Source: an uncultured Bacteriovoracaceae bacterium (lineage in GTDB: Bacteria; Bdellovibrionota; Bacteriovoracia; Bacteriovoracales; Bacteriovoracaceae). Taken from it: 64,000 nt of DNA. Below are positions 37,901 through 47,571 of the stretch, piece by piece. Below the pieces are notes generated by a model that saw only the letters and a list, made by a program, of their open reading frames with translations, ran no database searches and was not told the DNA's origin. The stretch's first letter is position 1. Each line of letters starts with the position of its first letter. Position numbers and translations under genes: made by a program. The DNA lies in NCBI GenBank assembly GCA_964012805.1, contig CAXGUD010000005.1:78325-142324 (forward strand). Direction: 5' to 3'.

Positions 37901-38901
37901 GCAGGCCGATATTCTAACTTTAATTTATAAGCTCCCACTAGAATAAAAAAGGTGAAACCCAAAACTAAGAAAAAATAAAATGGGGTTAATAGATATTTAT
38001 AAAAAGGAAAAAAGGATCCTACTAAAAAGCCAATGGCTAAATAAGTTAAAATTATAAAAAACTTATGTATTACTGGTGTGGACTTATTAACCCCTAAATA
38101 ATTTATAGTAAAAAAGATAAGAAAAAGAGCAGTTAGAGAAGCTCTCAAAAGAAAACCTTCATTTTGAAACCAAATCCAATCTGGGTATAGAAATTGAAAT
38201 CCCAAACCATTAGATGCCATATTTAGTAATGTGTATGAAGATATATATAAGATATAATAAAGGTAGCTTACACTTTTTGTAGATAAGTAAACAAAAAGGT
38301 TATAAAAAATCATAACAAACATAATTCCGTAAAAGAATCCAAATCCGGCCATCTTAAAATTCTCTTTCTCTGAAAATGCTATCGGCGAGTAAAGCTTAAG
38401 TGGGATTTGAATACCATCATCAGATTTAATTTTAAGATAATAAGTTGTTCCCTTTTCAGGTCTAATATTAAAAACAAAATTTCTGTTTTTAACATCTCTT
38501 GTTGAAAAGGCCCTTCGATCTCCTGTCTTAGTAACGGCTTTCCAATTTCCTGAAATTTTTTTATAGAGCTCAACGTAATCGCACCAAACTTGTTCAAATG
38601 CCAGTAACCAGACATTAGAAGGATGATTTTTATTTTCTATTTTGAGCCTGATCCAAAAAGATGATCTTGAAATTCCAATATTTGGTATTTTTGTTTTACT
38701 AGAAATGTACTTGGAGCGAAATTTCTTTTTTGTAACATCATTAATTGTCAGTTTATTAGAAGAATCCTCAAAAATTGAAATTTCATAACCTACATCATAA
38801 ACATCTTTTCCATCTAAAAGAATTACTTTTTGCTCAGCGAGTAAATTGCTGGAAAATAAACAAAAAGTGATTATAAATATAAGGTAAGACCTAAAGTTCA
38901 T
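34957..38901 (-). CDS. 7TM-DISM sensor fused to Hpt(s) and a CheA-type HATPase; no CheW domain
   Basis: 7TMR-DISMED2 (SSFWIRL, TGDRRAF..R), 7TM block (FFYGIMFVMIFYNL), coiled coil, PAS-like segment, FRQLHTIKG and ISHSMKG Hpt motifs, HLIRNAVDHGIE, DDGVG and SGRGIGMDVV. Confidence 0.85.
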   Translation of the reverse strand: MNFRSYLIFIITFCLFSSNLLAEQKVILLDGKDVYDVGYEISIFEDSSNKLTINDVTKKKFRSKYISSKTKIPNIGISRSSFWIRLKIENKNHPSNVWLLAFEQVWCDYVELYKKISGNWKAVTKTGDRRAFSTRDVKNRNFVFNIRPEKGTTYYLKIKSDDGIQIPLKLYSPIAFSEKENFKMAGFGFFYGIMFVMIFYNLFVYLSTKSVSYLYYILYISSYTLLNMASNGLGFQFLYPDWIWFQNEGFLLRASLTALFLIFFTINYLGVNKSTPVIHKFFIILTYLAIGFLVGSFFPFYKYLLTPFYFFLVLGFTFFILVGAYKLKLEYRPAKYYLLAFIFITGGGILQIGQMNGFLPPWFIFLNAFQIGGVFEVILLSLGLADIINSLLEENLKANKLLEDANINLEDEVKERTKELSMALDDISNLLDNMRQAVFTISNEGIVQKPVSKYSEIIFGNDIVGDDLFNNVFIGIDKDSEVYSTIKFSLSILFGSDDLQWEMVKDHFPNRVIYNSETLEHQKILKIAYNPLFDKSNLIQSIMFVVEDITEIEKLEKEVEEQRKNSMKNIQILQELALNKKEDLSEFFSTTNKMTMDSIFIAKKIRSQVESSEKVSDLPILFRQLHTIKGNARVYGLSYISSSAHQIETILSKFITDNYNENLGYKKNHDYEGTNSLVQELYALQGQVSQYINSAKEVFSLEFKEDLKFKSQLHELLKSLEYLVSKLSKRENSNIGNYDDFQIETIDSIKNNSDRTEIIEEIENISHSMKGLARGIDEKELSQKIHHLESGISYFKDNEDYSKEQYQEYFIDPIGEIRKICKNIFVKSSQFHNLELNTDFWSILIKDITIISEKLINKSYINSNDIIQNVYHIHSNTLSIKLDFFPALFRYLYDLIESKTLDNELKHQKIIFTLNEIWKFIIILFQLDLYKNISPGKRVFFIESFLNNEPIDPNVSRFEKTFIWQTLNILEKNGLDRNDLFGIISKTLKIDIKSVINLIFGDQEFKNFINEIYYELFRFDLLEAFDKIERLFSLGNYSFVNNLKEFMLKKDFSWHFYSKNIDLLKLFKNYIDIEDYNASDLKPKVHEILVENYDYVKKTIISIPSIKNEENILNEMFDKLLYLPVKFSLFRYQKVIKEISENLGKKIKFSLVGEECSLDRDSLNILQEAIVHLIRNAVDHGIEKPNDRLIKGKNEVGLIEILCQQLDGDNISITIKDDGVGIDINKLTEKGVKLGLVEKDKIEVMSTKEKINLIFLPSVSTKENVTEISGRGIGMDVVQKSLNLLGADLNIETTMNEGTSFCLTFSSNAKVKPL

Positions 38902-38986
38902 TTAATCAGTTTCCCCTATGACAAATTTTCGGTATCCTTTGAAAAACTGTTTAACAAAACTTTAAAAATTTAATCAAAAGAACAAA

Positions 38987-39802
38987 ATGCTCAGAGTAAT
39001 CAGAAGAATAATTATAGGACCACCCGTTGCATTATTAATTTTTATTAATATGTTTTTCTGGACAACTCTCCTAGTTTTTTTGGCCACTTTTAAAGCTATT
39101 CATAAAAGTGAAGCACTAGAAAAAAAACTTGACAGAATTTATCAACTAGCAGTCGCAGTAAATACAGGGGTCTTTAAAAAAATTCTAAATATCTATATTA
39201 TAATTCAAGGCGATACTAGGCTCGAGTACTCAAAAAATTACTTAGTTGTCTCAAATCATGCGTCTTGGTCTGATAGCTTCATCAACCAAGGTGTAATGAA
39301 CGATGTTATCCCACCCTTCCGTTTTTTATCAAAAAAGGAAGTAAAGTACATACCTTTCGTAGGAATCATAAGCTGGGCATATAATTTTCCTTTATTAAGT
39401 AGAAATAAGTTGGACAAAGATAAGAAAAAAATCCTTGAAAACGCTAAAACCTTAGGAGATAGGCCTATTTCTTTTTTTATTTATCCAGAGGGAACTCGTT
39501 TTTCGAACACAAAAAGAAGGAGGCAAGAATCACCATTCAAGTATCTTTTAAAGCCTAAAATAGGCGCTTTAACGACACTCCTTAAAACTAATATTGAGTA
39601 CGAAAAGATCGTCGATATAACACTTTTATATCCCAAAACTAAAATCAATTTTTGGGACTTATTAAGTGGTAATATTTCTCATATCTATGTTTATGTAAGA
39701 CAGTTAACTTTGGAGAAAGAAACTCCTCCTCACGAAATTAAAAGTTGGATTTATCAAAAATGGAAAGAAAAAGACAATTTAATTAGAAGCTTTAGAGACT
39801 AA
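38987..39802 (+). CDS. PlsC-family acyltransferase (YihG-like)
   Basis: SNHASWSD, YPEGTRF, LLKPK.G and DITL.Y motifs. Confidence 0.85.
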   Translation: MLRVIRRIIIGPPVALLIFINMFFWTTLLVFLATFKAIHKSEALEKKLDRIYQLAVAVNTGVFKKILNIYIIIQGDTRLEYSKNYLVVSNHASWSDSFINQGVMNDVIPPFRFLSKKEVKYIPFVGIISWAYNFPLLSRNKLDKDKKKILENAKTLGDRPISFFIYPEGTRFSNTKRRRQESPFKYLLKPKIGALTTLLKTNIEYEKIVDITLLYPKTKINFWDLLSGNISHIYVYVRQLTLEKETPPHEIKSWIYQKWKEKDNLIRSFRD

Positions 39803-39829
39803 GTTCCCTTAGGGTAGAGATTGTATTGA

Positions 39830-41311
39830 TTAAGATTTTTCATTTTTCAAAATTCTATAGACAACAGAAAAAGCCCCTGAAATGACTCCGACAACCCCTT
39901 GCCCAGGAAAAACAGTATCTCCCACAAGAAAAATATTCGGATCAGGTGTAGCATTTTTTGGGTATGAAAAGGGATAATAATCCAAAATATGTGGTATTCC
40001 ACCAACTCTTCCTTCAAATCTATTCGTATACTTTTCGAAGGTTGCTGGAGTGCCCACTTCACCTTTACCTATTTCCAAAATTTCAAATTTTTTAAAATTT
40101 TCTTTAAAAGTATTTAACACAATGTTTTCAAATCTTTTTATTTTGGCTTTATTATCTCCGTAAAAGTCTTGTTCTTTAAACAAGTCGATTGAAATATGGG
40201 TAGAAACAGTTATAGTTTGAAATCCATTTTTACTTCTACTTAAGTCATCTTTTTCAGAAAAGCTAAAAAATAAAGACTCAGATTGAATGAAGTTTTTCAA
40301 TTCATTTGAATGAACTTGGTGATAGAGTGAGCCTAAATCTTTGTTAAATTTAACTGAGAAATAGTAAGTCATTGCTCCCCAGCTTTTACTATATTTTTTT
40401 GAGACTATATTCATTTTATTTTTAAATGCACCACCACATATATTAGCAAAATTCCAAATTGGAATATTACTAATTATATTTTTACTTTCATAAACTTCAG
40501 TTTTCTTATTGAATTCAGCTTTAACACTAAAAATATTTGACTCTTTTTTTTCTATAGAAAAAACTTTTCTTCTTTTTTTGACATCACCTTTAAATTCCTT
40601 GATTTTTTTTTCTATTTCATGACCCATAGAGGTTATTCCTCCATATGAATAGAAAGTATCCTTTGGGTAATTCAATCCTAATGCAGCCAACAAATAAGGT
40701 ACTTTGTCTGATTTTTCCTGAGCTGTAATCATTAAAATTTCATCTAGGAAGTTAATATAGTCCTCATTGTTGGAAGCATCCTTTGGAAGACAACTTCTAA
40801 AGCTCATAAGAAGACTTGGTAGAAGTGCTAGATAATTGCCTGTATTCTTACCAATAAAAGAAAAAAGGTCTTTAATCCCTGCTGGAGGAAAAAGTGGAAC
40901 TTCAGATAATAATCCCCAAGCCAATTTGCTTACTTTTTCGATTTTCTTCCATATTTTTTCATGATTTATACCCGGAAAGTGTTTATTTAGCTCATCAATC
41001 CATTTGTTAAAGTTTCTATACCGAAGTATTTTTTTCCCTTTAAAATGGATCACCATCCCTGGATCGACTCTCTTTTTTTTAAGCTGAAAATTTAACTCTT
41101 TTTCAATTCTATCAAGAGGTCCATTGTAATCGAATCCAGATAGTGTCGTGGCCCCTACATCATATAATAAGCCCTCTCGCTTATAGAAACCGGCACATCC
41201 TCCTATAGAATAATGTGATTCTAAAACTAAGACTTTTTTATTTGATTTTGCTAATAGAGATGCAGCTGTCAATCCACCGTATCCAGCACCTATGACTATA
41301 AAATCATACAT
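39830..41311 (-). CDS. Phytoene desaturase/carotenoid isomerase family FAD oxidoreductase (CrtD/CrtH-like)
   Basis: IGAGYGGL, GGCAG..DVGAT, TPATFEKYT..GRVGG and VGDTVFPGQG motifs. Confidence 0.82.
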   Translation of the reverse strand: MYDFIVIGAGYGGLTAASLLAKSNKKVLVLESHYSIGGCAGFYKREGLLYDVGATTLSGFDYNGPLDRIEKELNFQLKKKRVDPGMVIHFKGKKILRYRNFNKWIDELNKHFPGINHEKIWKKIEKVSKLAWGLLSEVPLFPPAGIKDLFSFIGKNTGNYLALLPSLLMSFRSCLPKDASNNEDYINFLDEILMITAQEKSDKVPYLLAALGLNYPKDTFYSYGGITSMGHEIEKKIKEFKGDVKKRRKVFSIEKKESNIFSVKAEFNKKTEVYESKNIISNIPIWNFANICGGAFKNKMNIVSKKYSKSWGAMTYYFSVKFNKDLGSLYHQVHSNELKNFIQSESLFFSFSEKDDLSRSKNGFQTITVSTHISIDLFKEQDFYGDNKAKIKRFENIVLNTFKENFKKFEILEIGKGEVGTPATFEKYTNRFEGRVGGIPHILDYYPFSYPKNATPDPNIFLVGDTVFPGQGVVGVISGAFSVVYRILKNEKS

Positions 41312-41394
41312 TTCAATCGCCTAGTAAGGTAAATATTTGATAGTAAGAACTCTTAGACTCTAGTGTTTATAACTACTAAAAATAACCACTAAAA

Positions 41395-44232
41395 TCAAGC
41401 AGGTTTTGAACTAAGAACACCTTGAGTTGTAGAATCTCGTGGAATCTTAATGATCCAGCAGAAAGAAATCATGTCACCATTATTTCTATCATCGTTTAAA
41501 AACTCAATTTCAATATCTCCGCCCATCCCTTTTAAAAATGATTTCACTGCGTCCATACCAACACCACGACCAGATACATCCGTAACCTCTTTTGCCGTTG
41601 AAACACCGGACAAGAAAACCATATTTGCTAGGGTTTGAGGGTCTTCATTACCACTCTCTTTAAGTTGACCTGATTCAATAGCCTTTTCTTTAATTTTTTG
41701 TATATTAAGGCCTTGACCGTCATCTTTAACAATGATTTTGTTAAAGTTTTCCTCTTCAGATCCTGTGATTGTTATTTTCCCTTTTGAATTCTTTCCTTTT
41801 TTCTTCCTTTCCTCAGGAGTTTCTATGCCATGATCTATCGAATTCCTAACAATATGAGTAAAAATATCTTTCATCGCTGAAGATTTCTCATAATTGAATA
41901 GGATTCCACCGTCATCTAATACAACTTCTGGTACTTCTTTTTCTAAATCCTCTGCAAGTGACTCTAGTGACTTGATTAAATTGGACAATATTTGTTCTAA
42001 ATTGACTGCCGATAAATTAAATAGTCTTTGAGAAACCACCTGTAAATCTTGTCGAATTTTATTAGGGTTGTCTGGATTTGCAGCATTAACTAAGTTTAAG
42101 ATTTCATTAATATCTTCTTTAATTTTTCCACTCCCTTCTGATGCGCTACCCCCATCTCCTTTTCCTCTGCCTAACACGTTATCATGAACATCCTCATATA
42201 TTTTTAACGCATCTTCCAAGTCTTCTAGGTGTAAAATCAGTAAACTAGGGTCCCACTCCTTCTTAAGACCTTTTCTAAGCTGATCATACTCTTGCTCTGC
42301 TTCATGAGCTGCATTAGATACATAAACGAAGTCATGAGTTCTAGCATTTCCTTTTATCGTATGCATATTTCTAAATAATTGCTCCATAACTCCAATAGGA
42401 GGCAACTCACCTTTCTCTTTTATTAACTCTGTATTCTCTTTTATGTATTTATTTGCAGAACCTATAAATTCGCCAAAGTCATCTGGTAACACTTTAAGAA
42501 TTTGTCCAATCATTTCTATCTTTTTCTTTTGCTCCTCACTTTCAGCGGTAAGGGCCTTAATTTTTGTTATATCCCTGATACACACTAGTATTTTTTCTAA
42601 TGTATCTTCATCGTCAACAGAGTGGATCGGGGACCACAACAGCTCTAAATATTTCTCTGAATCAGAATTAGGATTCTTAATACAGATTTCCTTTATAAGA
42701 AGCTCTTCGTTAACCTCATAGTTAAGCATGTCTTCACCAATAAAGTTTTCTACTGTCGTTCTAACTTGGGATATTTGATCACTGCTTAAAGTTGAGTTTC
42801 CAAAAAGGAACTCAATAGCATTTTTATCCGCAATATCCTTAGTTTCGAAAATTTCTTCTAAATAAGATGAGTATTCTTTGTGAATAATATTACCTTTAAT
42901 TACAGTAAGAACCCCTTGCGGTAAATTATGGAGCATCGTATTTATATCTTCATTTTTTTCAGCTAACTCTCTTGTCCTTTCTTTAACCTTTTCCTCCAAG
43001 CCATCATTTAACGCTTTTAAATCAACTAGAAGATTTTGGTTTTGTATGTACGTGTTTGTGTAGTTATTTATTGCGATTATTACAATGGCAAAAGTGGATA
43101 CTCCCATACCCAAATACACTGTACCGACAGTTGGAAGGAGACCTTTGGAATTCATCAAATCATTTAAAACAGTTAAGACTAAAAAAGTTTCTCCAAAGAA
43201 AAATATCGTACCACCTTTCTTGCCCTCTCTCATGGCCTTGAAGGTCAGGTAAATCATCTTAACTGTGATGACAAGGACAATGGCAAATAAAATATTTCGA
43301 TTTAAATCAAACATTTTCCCGTGATAATTGAAGGAAAGATATATAAATAACACAGCAATAATAGATAAAACAAACGTATAAAAGCTCTCCCAAAATTTAT
43401 GGAGACGAGCAAAGAACTGAGTATATTTATAATGCATCAAAAGAGTTATGGCGATACCAACGTAATGAAGAATAAAAGTTTGCCTGGGTTCGAAAAACTT
43501 TTGAACAAGATCAATAGGAAATACCAAAAAGGGAAAAGTTCCCAGACCAACCATTCCTGGAAGAAAGTAAAAGTCGTTCTTTGTTCTAAAGTAAACAGTT
43601 AGAAAGAAGATACCTGCGGCAGCTAGTATAATTCCAAAATAACCGCGAAATTCACCGCCATAGATATGCCAAAAAGCAATGCTTATGTCTTCTTTATCAA
43701 ACTTTCTTAATTCAAATGGTCTTTGATAAACACCAGTCATTAAAATAGTATCTACTCTAAAGGCAATGAGGTGATTCTTTTTTGTTACTTTAAATCTTAC
43801 CGGAATTGCTTGTACTGAGTAGAATCTCTCATAAGCGTTTTGCCCTGACCTGGTATAAATTTGTTTTCCATCTAAATAAACATTCATTTCACCCATATAG
43901 GTATCAACGAGGAAAACGACTTCTTCTCCAATTAAGTTTTCAGAAAATTCAAAGTTTCCTCTATACCAACCTACTTCATAAATTTCTCCATCATTATATG
44001 CTGGCTTCCATGAACCAGGTGTTTTTATTCTTTTCCATGAGTCTGTATTTACCCCTATATTTTTATTTGAAGGTTTATCATCCCTGGTAAAAAGCCAATT
44101 ACCAGCAAGAGGAATAGGTTTGTCCAAAGAGTTTACTTTGAACAAGCAGGAATCACATTCACTCGCCTCTATACCAATACTGAAAACAAAAATGTAAGTT
44201 AAAACTAATATCAGTTTAAATACTTTATTCAT
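41395..44232 (-). CDS. Membrane sensor (sugar-binding jelly-roll + 7TM) fused to Hpt and a CheA-type HATPase; no CheW domain
   Basis: Signal peptide, LAGNWLF...PGSW...GWYR galactose-binding-like domain, 7 TM segments, FRNMHTIKGNA Hpt, HIVRNSIDHGIE, DDGQG and SGRGVGMDAV. Confidence 0.85.
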   Translation of the reverse strand: MNKVFKLILVLTYIFVFSIGIEASECDSCLFKVNSLDKPIPLAGNWLFTRDDKPSNKNIGVNTDSWKRIKTPGSWKPAYNDGEIYEVGWYRGNFEFSENLIGEEVVFLVDTYMGEMNVYLDGKQIYTRSGQNAYERFYSVQAIPVRFKVTKKNHLIAFRVDTILMTGVYQRPFELRKFDKEDISIAFWHIYGGEFRGYFGIILAAAGIFFLTVYFRTKNDFYFLPGMVGLGTFPFLVFPIDLVQKFFEPRQTFILHYVGIAITLLMHYKYTQFFARLHKFWESFYTFVLSIIAVLFIYLSFNYHGKMFDLNRNILFAIVLVITVKMIYLTFKAMREGKKGGTIFFFGETFLVLTVLNDLMNSKGLLPTVGTVYLGMGVSTFAIVIIAINNYTNTYIQNQNLLVDLKALNDGLEEKVKERTRELAEKNEDINTMLHNLPQGVLTVIKGNIIHKEYSSYLEEIFETKDIADKNAIEFLFGNSTLSSDQISQVRTTVENFIGEDMLNYEVNEELLIKEICIKNPNSDSEKYLELLWSPIHSVDDEDTLEKILVCIRDITKIKALTAESEEQKKKIEMIGQILKVLPDDFGEFIGSANKYIKENTELIKEKGELPPIGVMEQLFRNMHTIKGNARTHDFVYVSNAAHEAEQEYDQLRKGLKKEWDPSLLILHLEDLEDALKIYEDVHDNVLGRGKGDGGSASEGSGKIKEDINEILNLVNAANPDNPNKIRQDLQVVSQRLFNLSAVNLEQILSNLIKSLESLAEDLEKEVPEVVLDDGGILFNYEKSSAMKDIFTHIVRNSIDHGIETPEERKKKGKNSKGKITITGSEEENFNKIIVKDDGQGLNIQKIKEKAIESGQLKESGNEDPQTLANMVFLSGVSTAKEVTDVSGRGVGMDAVKSFLKGMGGDIEIEFLNDDRNNGDMISFCWIIKIPRDSTTQGVLSSKPA

Positions 44233-44465
44233 TTTTTTTCCATTCCAAAATATAATTTAAAGTTACATTTAGATTCATATTTACAATATCGGATAAAGAG
44301 AAAAAAACATTAATATTTACCTCTGATATTAAAGAAACCGAATTAGTAAAGTATAATTTTTGACATCAAAACTTCTAGTATTTTTTTTTCCCTCTTACAA
44401 TTTATTTTTTTTCCCTAATAATCAAAGGAGGCTTTACTTTACTTTTTATATTTTAGGGAGCTGAC

Positions 44466-44861
44466 ATGGGTAAAATACTCATTATTGATGATTCTCAATC
44501 TACGAGAATGAAATTAAGAACTTTTTTGGAAACCTGCAATCATGTTTGTGTCGAAGCCGGTAATGGATTTGAAGCGCTTGAAAGGTTGAAAGAAAATCAA
44601 GATTATGACTTAATTATTTGTGATGTAAACATGCCAGAAATGAACGGCATAGAATTTATTGATAAACAAAGTCAAGATGAAAATCTTAAGCTTATTCCTA
44701 CAGTAATGTGTACTACTGAATCTTATATGGGAAGCTCTGGATCTCCTTCAAAGTTCGCACAAAAAGCTAAAGAAACAGGTGTCGTAAAAGCATGGGTTGT
44801 AAAACCTTTCCAACCAGATAAAGTAAAAACAATTGTAGAAAGGATCGTGGAAAAGAAGTAG
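44466..44861 (+). CDS. CheY-like single-domain response regulator
   Basis: IIDDS, ICDVNMP, CTT and VKPF motifs. GGGAG SD. Divergent from the CheA-like kinase. Confidence 0.9.
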   Translation: MGKILIIDDSQSTRMKLRTFLETCNHVCVEAGNGFEALERLKENQDYDLIICDVNMPEMNGIEFIDKQSQDENLKLIPTVMCTTESYMGSSGSPSKFAQKAKETGVVKAWVVKPFQPDKVKTIVERIVEKK

Positions 44862-45003
44862 GCCAGTGAGAGCTTTAATTGTCTAGCTGTTTCTTTCTAC
44901 TTCTTTTTTTTCTCTACTCCTGAACCTTTTTTAATTCTTCATAAATTATGTTGAATTATTTTAAATAAATATCTTTAATATAACTTCGATTCCATTTTTA
45001 AAT

Positions 45004-46086
45004 TTAGCCCGCTTTCAAATAAACTTCTTTCTCTCTGTCAATTAGTTGTCCGCATCTTTCTTTAATCAAGTCTGTCTGACTCATTAAATCAATGAAATTA
45101 TTTCTAATAAACCAAATATAAATATCTCTCAGTGTATCTTCTATTTTTCTAGGTTGAAAGCTTAATTCATTAATCGCTTTTGTATTATTTAGCTCCGCCA
45201 TTGTTTTAAGTGCTGCGAGTGATTCTGTTGTAACTGATGCTTCTCTTTTTAAAAGCTTACTTTTTAATTTATCAAAAGGGATCCCTAAGTATGCCATAAA
45301 TAGCGGTAACTCGAATTTTGGTATACTAAGACCTGTTATCTCATGACATATTTCATATAAATCTTTTATTGAATAAAAACTCTGACTCAAAATATAGGAT
45401 TCTCCAATTCTTCCTTTTGAAAAGCTATTTATAATCGTTTTTCCAATATCCCTAGCATCGACATAATGAAACCCTCCATTGATTACTACTGGATATCTAT
45501 TATAAAAAATATCTAAAAAAAATTGTCCCATTCTAGAAGGCTCGAAGTCATTTGGTCCAATTATTCCACTTGGGTTTAAAATAATAGAATCAAGACCTTT
45601 TTCAATTCTTTTTCTTATTTCTTGTTCAGCAAGAACTTTTGAATAAGCATAAAAACCATGTAGTTCTCTACTTGAAAATCTCGTATCTTCACTAATAGGT
45701 TTCCTATAATCTAAAAAGTCATAAACATGTATAGAACTCATATGAATTAATCTTTTTATCTTTTTATTGAGGCATGTATCTGCTACATTAGCAGTACCAA
45801 CTTGGTTTGTTCTGGTAACCAACCCCTCCTTATCACCATCGATTGAAATAATACCTGCTAAATGAACTACATAGTCAGCGCCTTCAAAAGCCTTTTCTAG
45901 CGAAGGTATATTTAATATATCTCCTAAAAAAACCTCTACCTGTAAATCTTTAAGAGACTCTTTTCCGATTGTACAGCCGGGATAAATAAGAGCTCGTACA
46001 ATATAGCCATTGTCTATTAATTCTCTTATGACATTATTACCTAAATGCCCTGTAGCTCCTGTAACAACTACAATTTTCCTTTCCAT
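45004..46086 (-). CDS. NAD-dependent epimerase/dehydratase (HpnA/DFR-like extended SDR)
   Basis: TGATGHLG, HLAG, YAYSK and NPSGIIGP motifs. Confidence 0.85.
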   Translation of the reverse strand: MERKIVVVTGATGHLGNNVIRELIDNGYIVRALIYPGCTIGKESLKDLQVEVFLGDILNIPSLEKAFEGADYVVHLAGIISIDGDKEGLVTRTNQVGTANVADTCLNKKIKRLIHMSSIHVYDFLDYRKPISEDTRFSSRELHGFYAYSKVLAEQEIRKRIEKGLDSIILNPSGIIGPNDFEPSRMGQFFLDIFYNRYPVVINGGFHYVDARDIGKTIINSFSKGRIGESYILSQSFYSIKDLYEICHEITGLSIPKFELPLFMAYLGIPFDKLKSKLLKREASVTTESLAALKTMAELNNTKAINELSFQPRKIEDTLRDIYIWFIRNNFIDLMSQTDLIKERCGQLIDREKEVYLKAG

Positions 46087-46160
46087 GTTAACCTAATCGG
46101 TTATAATTATTTTTTCTTACGATTTTAATATGTTGTTTTAAAAATATAGGTAATTTAAAA

Positions 46161-46724
46161 ATGATTAATAATTATTTATACCATCCTAAAGAAATTTCTT
46201 TTTGTGGTTATTCTGGATCAGGCAAAACGACCCTTATATGCACAATCTTAGATGAGCTAAACTCAGAATATAAAATTGGTTACATAAAGCATGATGCGCA
46301 TAATTTTCAAATGGATAAACCTGGAAAAGACACATACGAAGCTCGAAAATCTGGTGCAAATACAGTTTTTATATCAAACGAATCTGAGTATGCACTCTTA
46401 GGAAACAGCCCAATATCCCAAGAAATTATTAAAAGAATATTTCAAGATTTTGACTTTGTAATTGCTGAAGGACATAAGAGAACTCCTCTTCCAAAAATTC
46501 TTATGCTTAATGATCAAGAAGATATTATTGCATTAATTGAAAGTATTAACATCGAAGGCCTTTTAGGTTTTTGTGGAAAGGAATCTTTCTTAGAACCTAC
46601 GATTTTAAAAAAAATTCCAAATAACTATAATTCGTTAAAATCACTGCCTTATTTCCAAAGAGATGATATAAAAAATATTTCTAGATTTATTCTAAAAAAA
46701 TTTCAACCACTAATTACAAAATAA
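46161..46724 (+). CDS. mobB: Molybdopterin-guanine dinucleotide biosynthesis protein B
   Basis: GYSGSGKTT P-loop, IKHDAH..DKPGKD and AEGHK motifs. Confidence 0.85.
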   Translation: MINNYLYHPKEISFCGYSGSGKTTLICTILDELNSEYKIGYIKHDAHNFQMDKPGKDTYEARKSGANTVFISNESEYALLGNSPISQEIIKRIFQDFDFVIAEGHKRTPLPKILMLNDQEDIIALIESINIEGLLGFCGKESFLEPTILKKIPNNYNSLKSLPYFQRDDIKNISRFILKKFQPLITK

Positions 46725-46774
46725 GGTTTTAATCTTAACCACAATGTTTAAAATTAATTTACTTCATCTAAAAA

Positions 46775-47524
46775 TTATTTGTAATTGAAATAAGAATCAC
46801 CAAAAAAAGGCTTTAAAGAACCGCCCTCAGGCTCTCTCCAATAAAGAAGAGTTGGACCGCTTGCCTTGATTAATTGTAAATCTTTATCGTAGTATAGATA
46901 AAGAGACTCCGTAAACAAGCGTATTAAGAAACTAGAAGGCTCAAAAAGAATACAAAGAGATGCTCTCTTATAACATCTTGGATCTTCTTTTGTCTTAAGA
47001 CTAAAAGTAAACGAGATATTAGTTTGTAAATTAGGTATCACAAGTTCAACTTCTTGAGGCCCCTTTAGGATTGCAGAATAGTTGTCCCGTACATAATCGA
47101 GAATCATTGGTGGCAGAATAAAGTTCTTTCCCCACTTTAATTTATTAATTGTACTTTCTTTTCCTTCTCTATATAGCATCTCTAAATGACTATTTTTTTT
47201 TAAAGAAAATTTTGCATGCTGATCTACCTGAAATTGTCCTAGCTCATATCTGAAAGAACCTTTTTCATTTAAAATTATTTTTTCCTCAGCAATAACTTGC
47301 CCCTCTTTATTTTTGAAATAGATTACAAATGAGCTTTCCTTTTCTTTTTTTATCAACCATTTCTCAAAATGAAAAATAATGTTATTTTTGATAAGTTGAG
47401 TTTCCCCCCTTTTAAATAAATCTGCCTTCATTAAGAGAGACTTCTGAGAAGAATTAGAATAAGATTTAAATTGGAGAGAAAAAAAAATAACCATGACGAA
47501 AACTATTTTTTTCAACATTGACAC
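46775..47524 (-). CDS. Exported hypothetical protein
   Basis: 249-aa ORF with a signal peptide and beta-rich composition. No family recognised. Confidence 0.65.
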   Translation of the reverse strand: MSMLKKIVFVMVIFFSLQFKSYSNSSQKSLLMKADLFKRGETQLIKNNIIFHFEKWLIKKEKESSFVIYFKNKEGQVIAEEKIILNEKGSFRYELGQFQVDQHAKFSLKKNSHLEMLYREGKESTINKLKWGKNFILPPMILDYVRDNYSAILKGPQEVELVIPNLQTNISFTFSLKTKEDPRCYKRASLCILFEPSSFLIRLFTESLYLYYDKDLQLIKASGPTLLYWREPEGGSLKPFFGDSYFNYK

Positions 47525-47571
47525 GGGATACCTTTTATTCGCTTTAATAATACGATTTAATTAGAATCAAT

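Noticed and set aside
41369..41394. Short tandem near-repeat ATAAC(T/C)ACTAAAA x2
   Set aside because: Only two short AT-rich copies with no spacers. Not CRISPR-like and plausibly chance.
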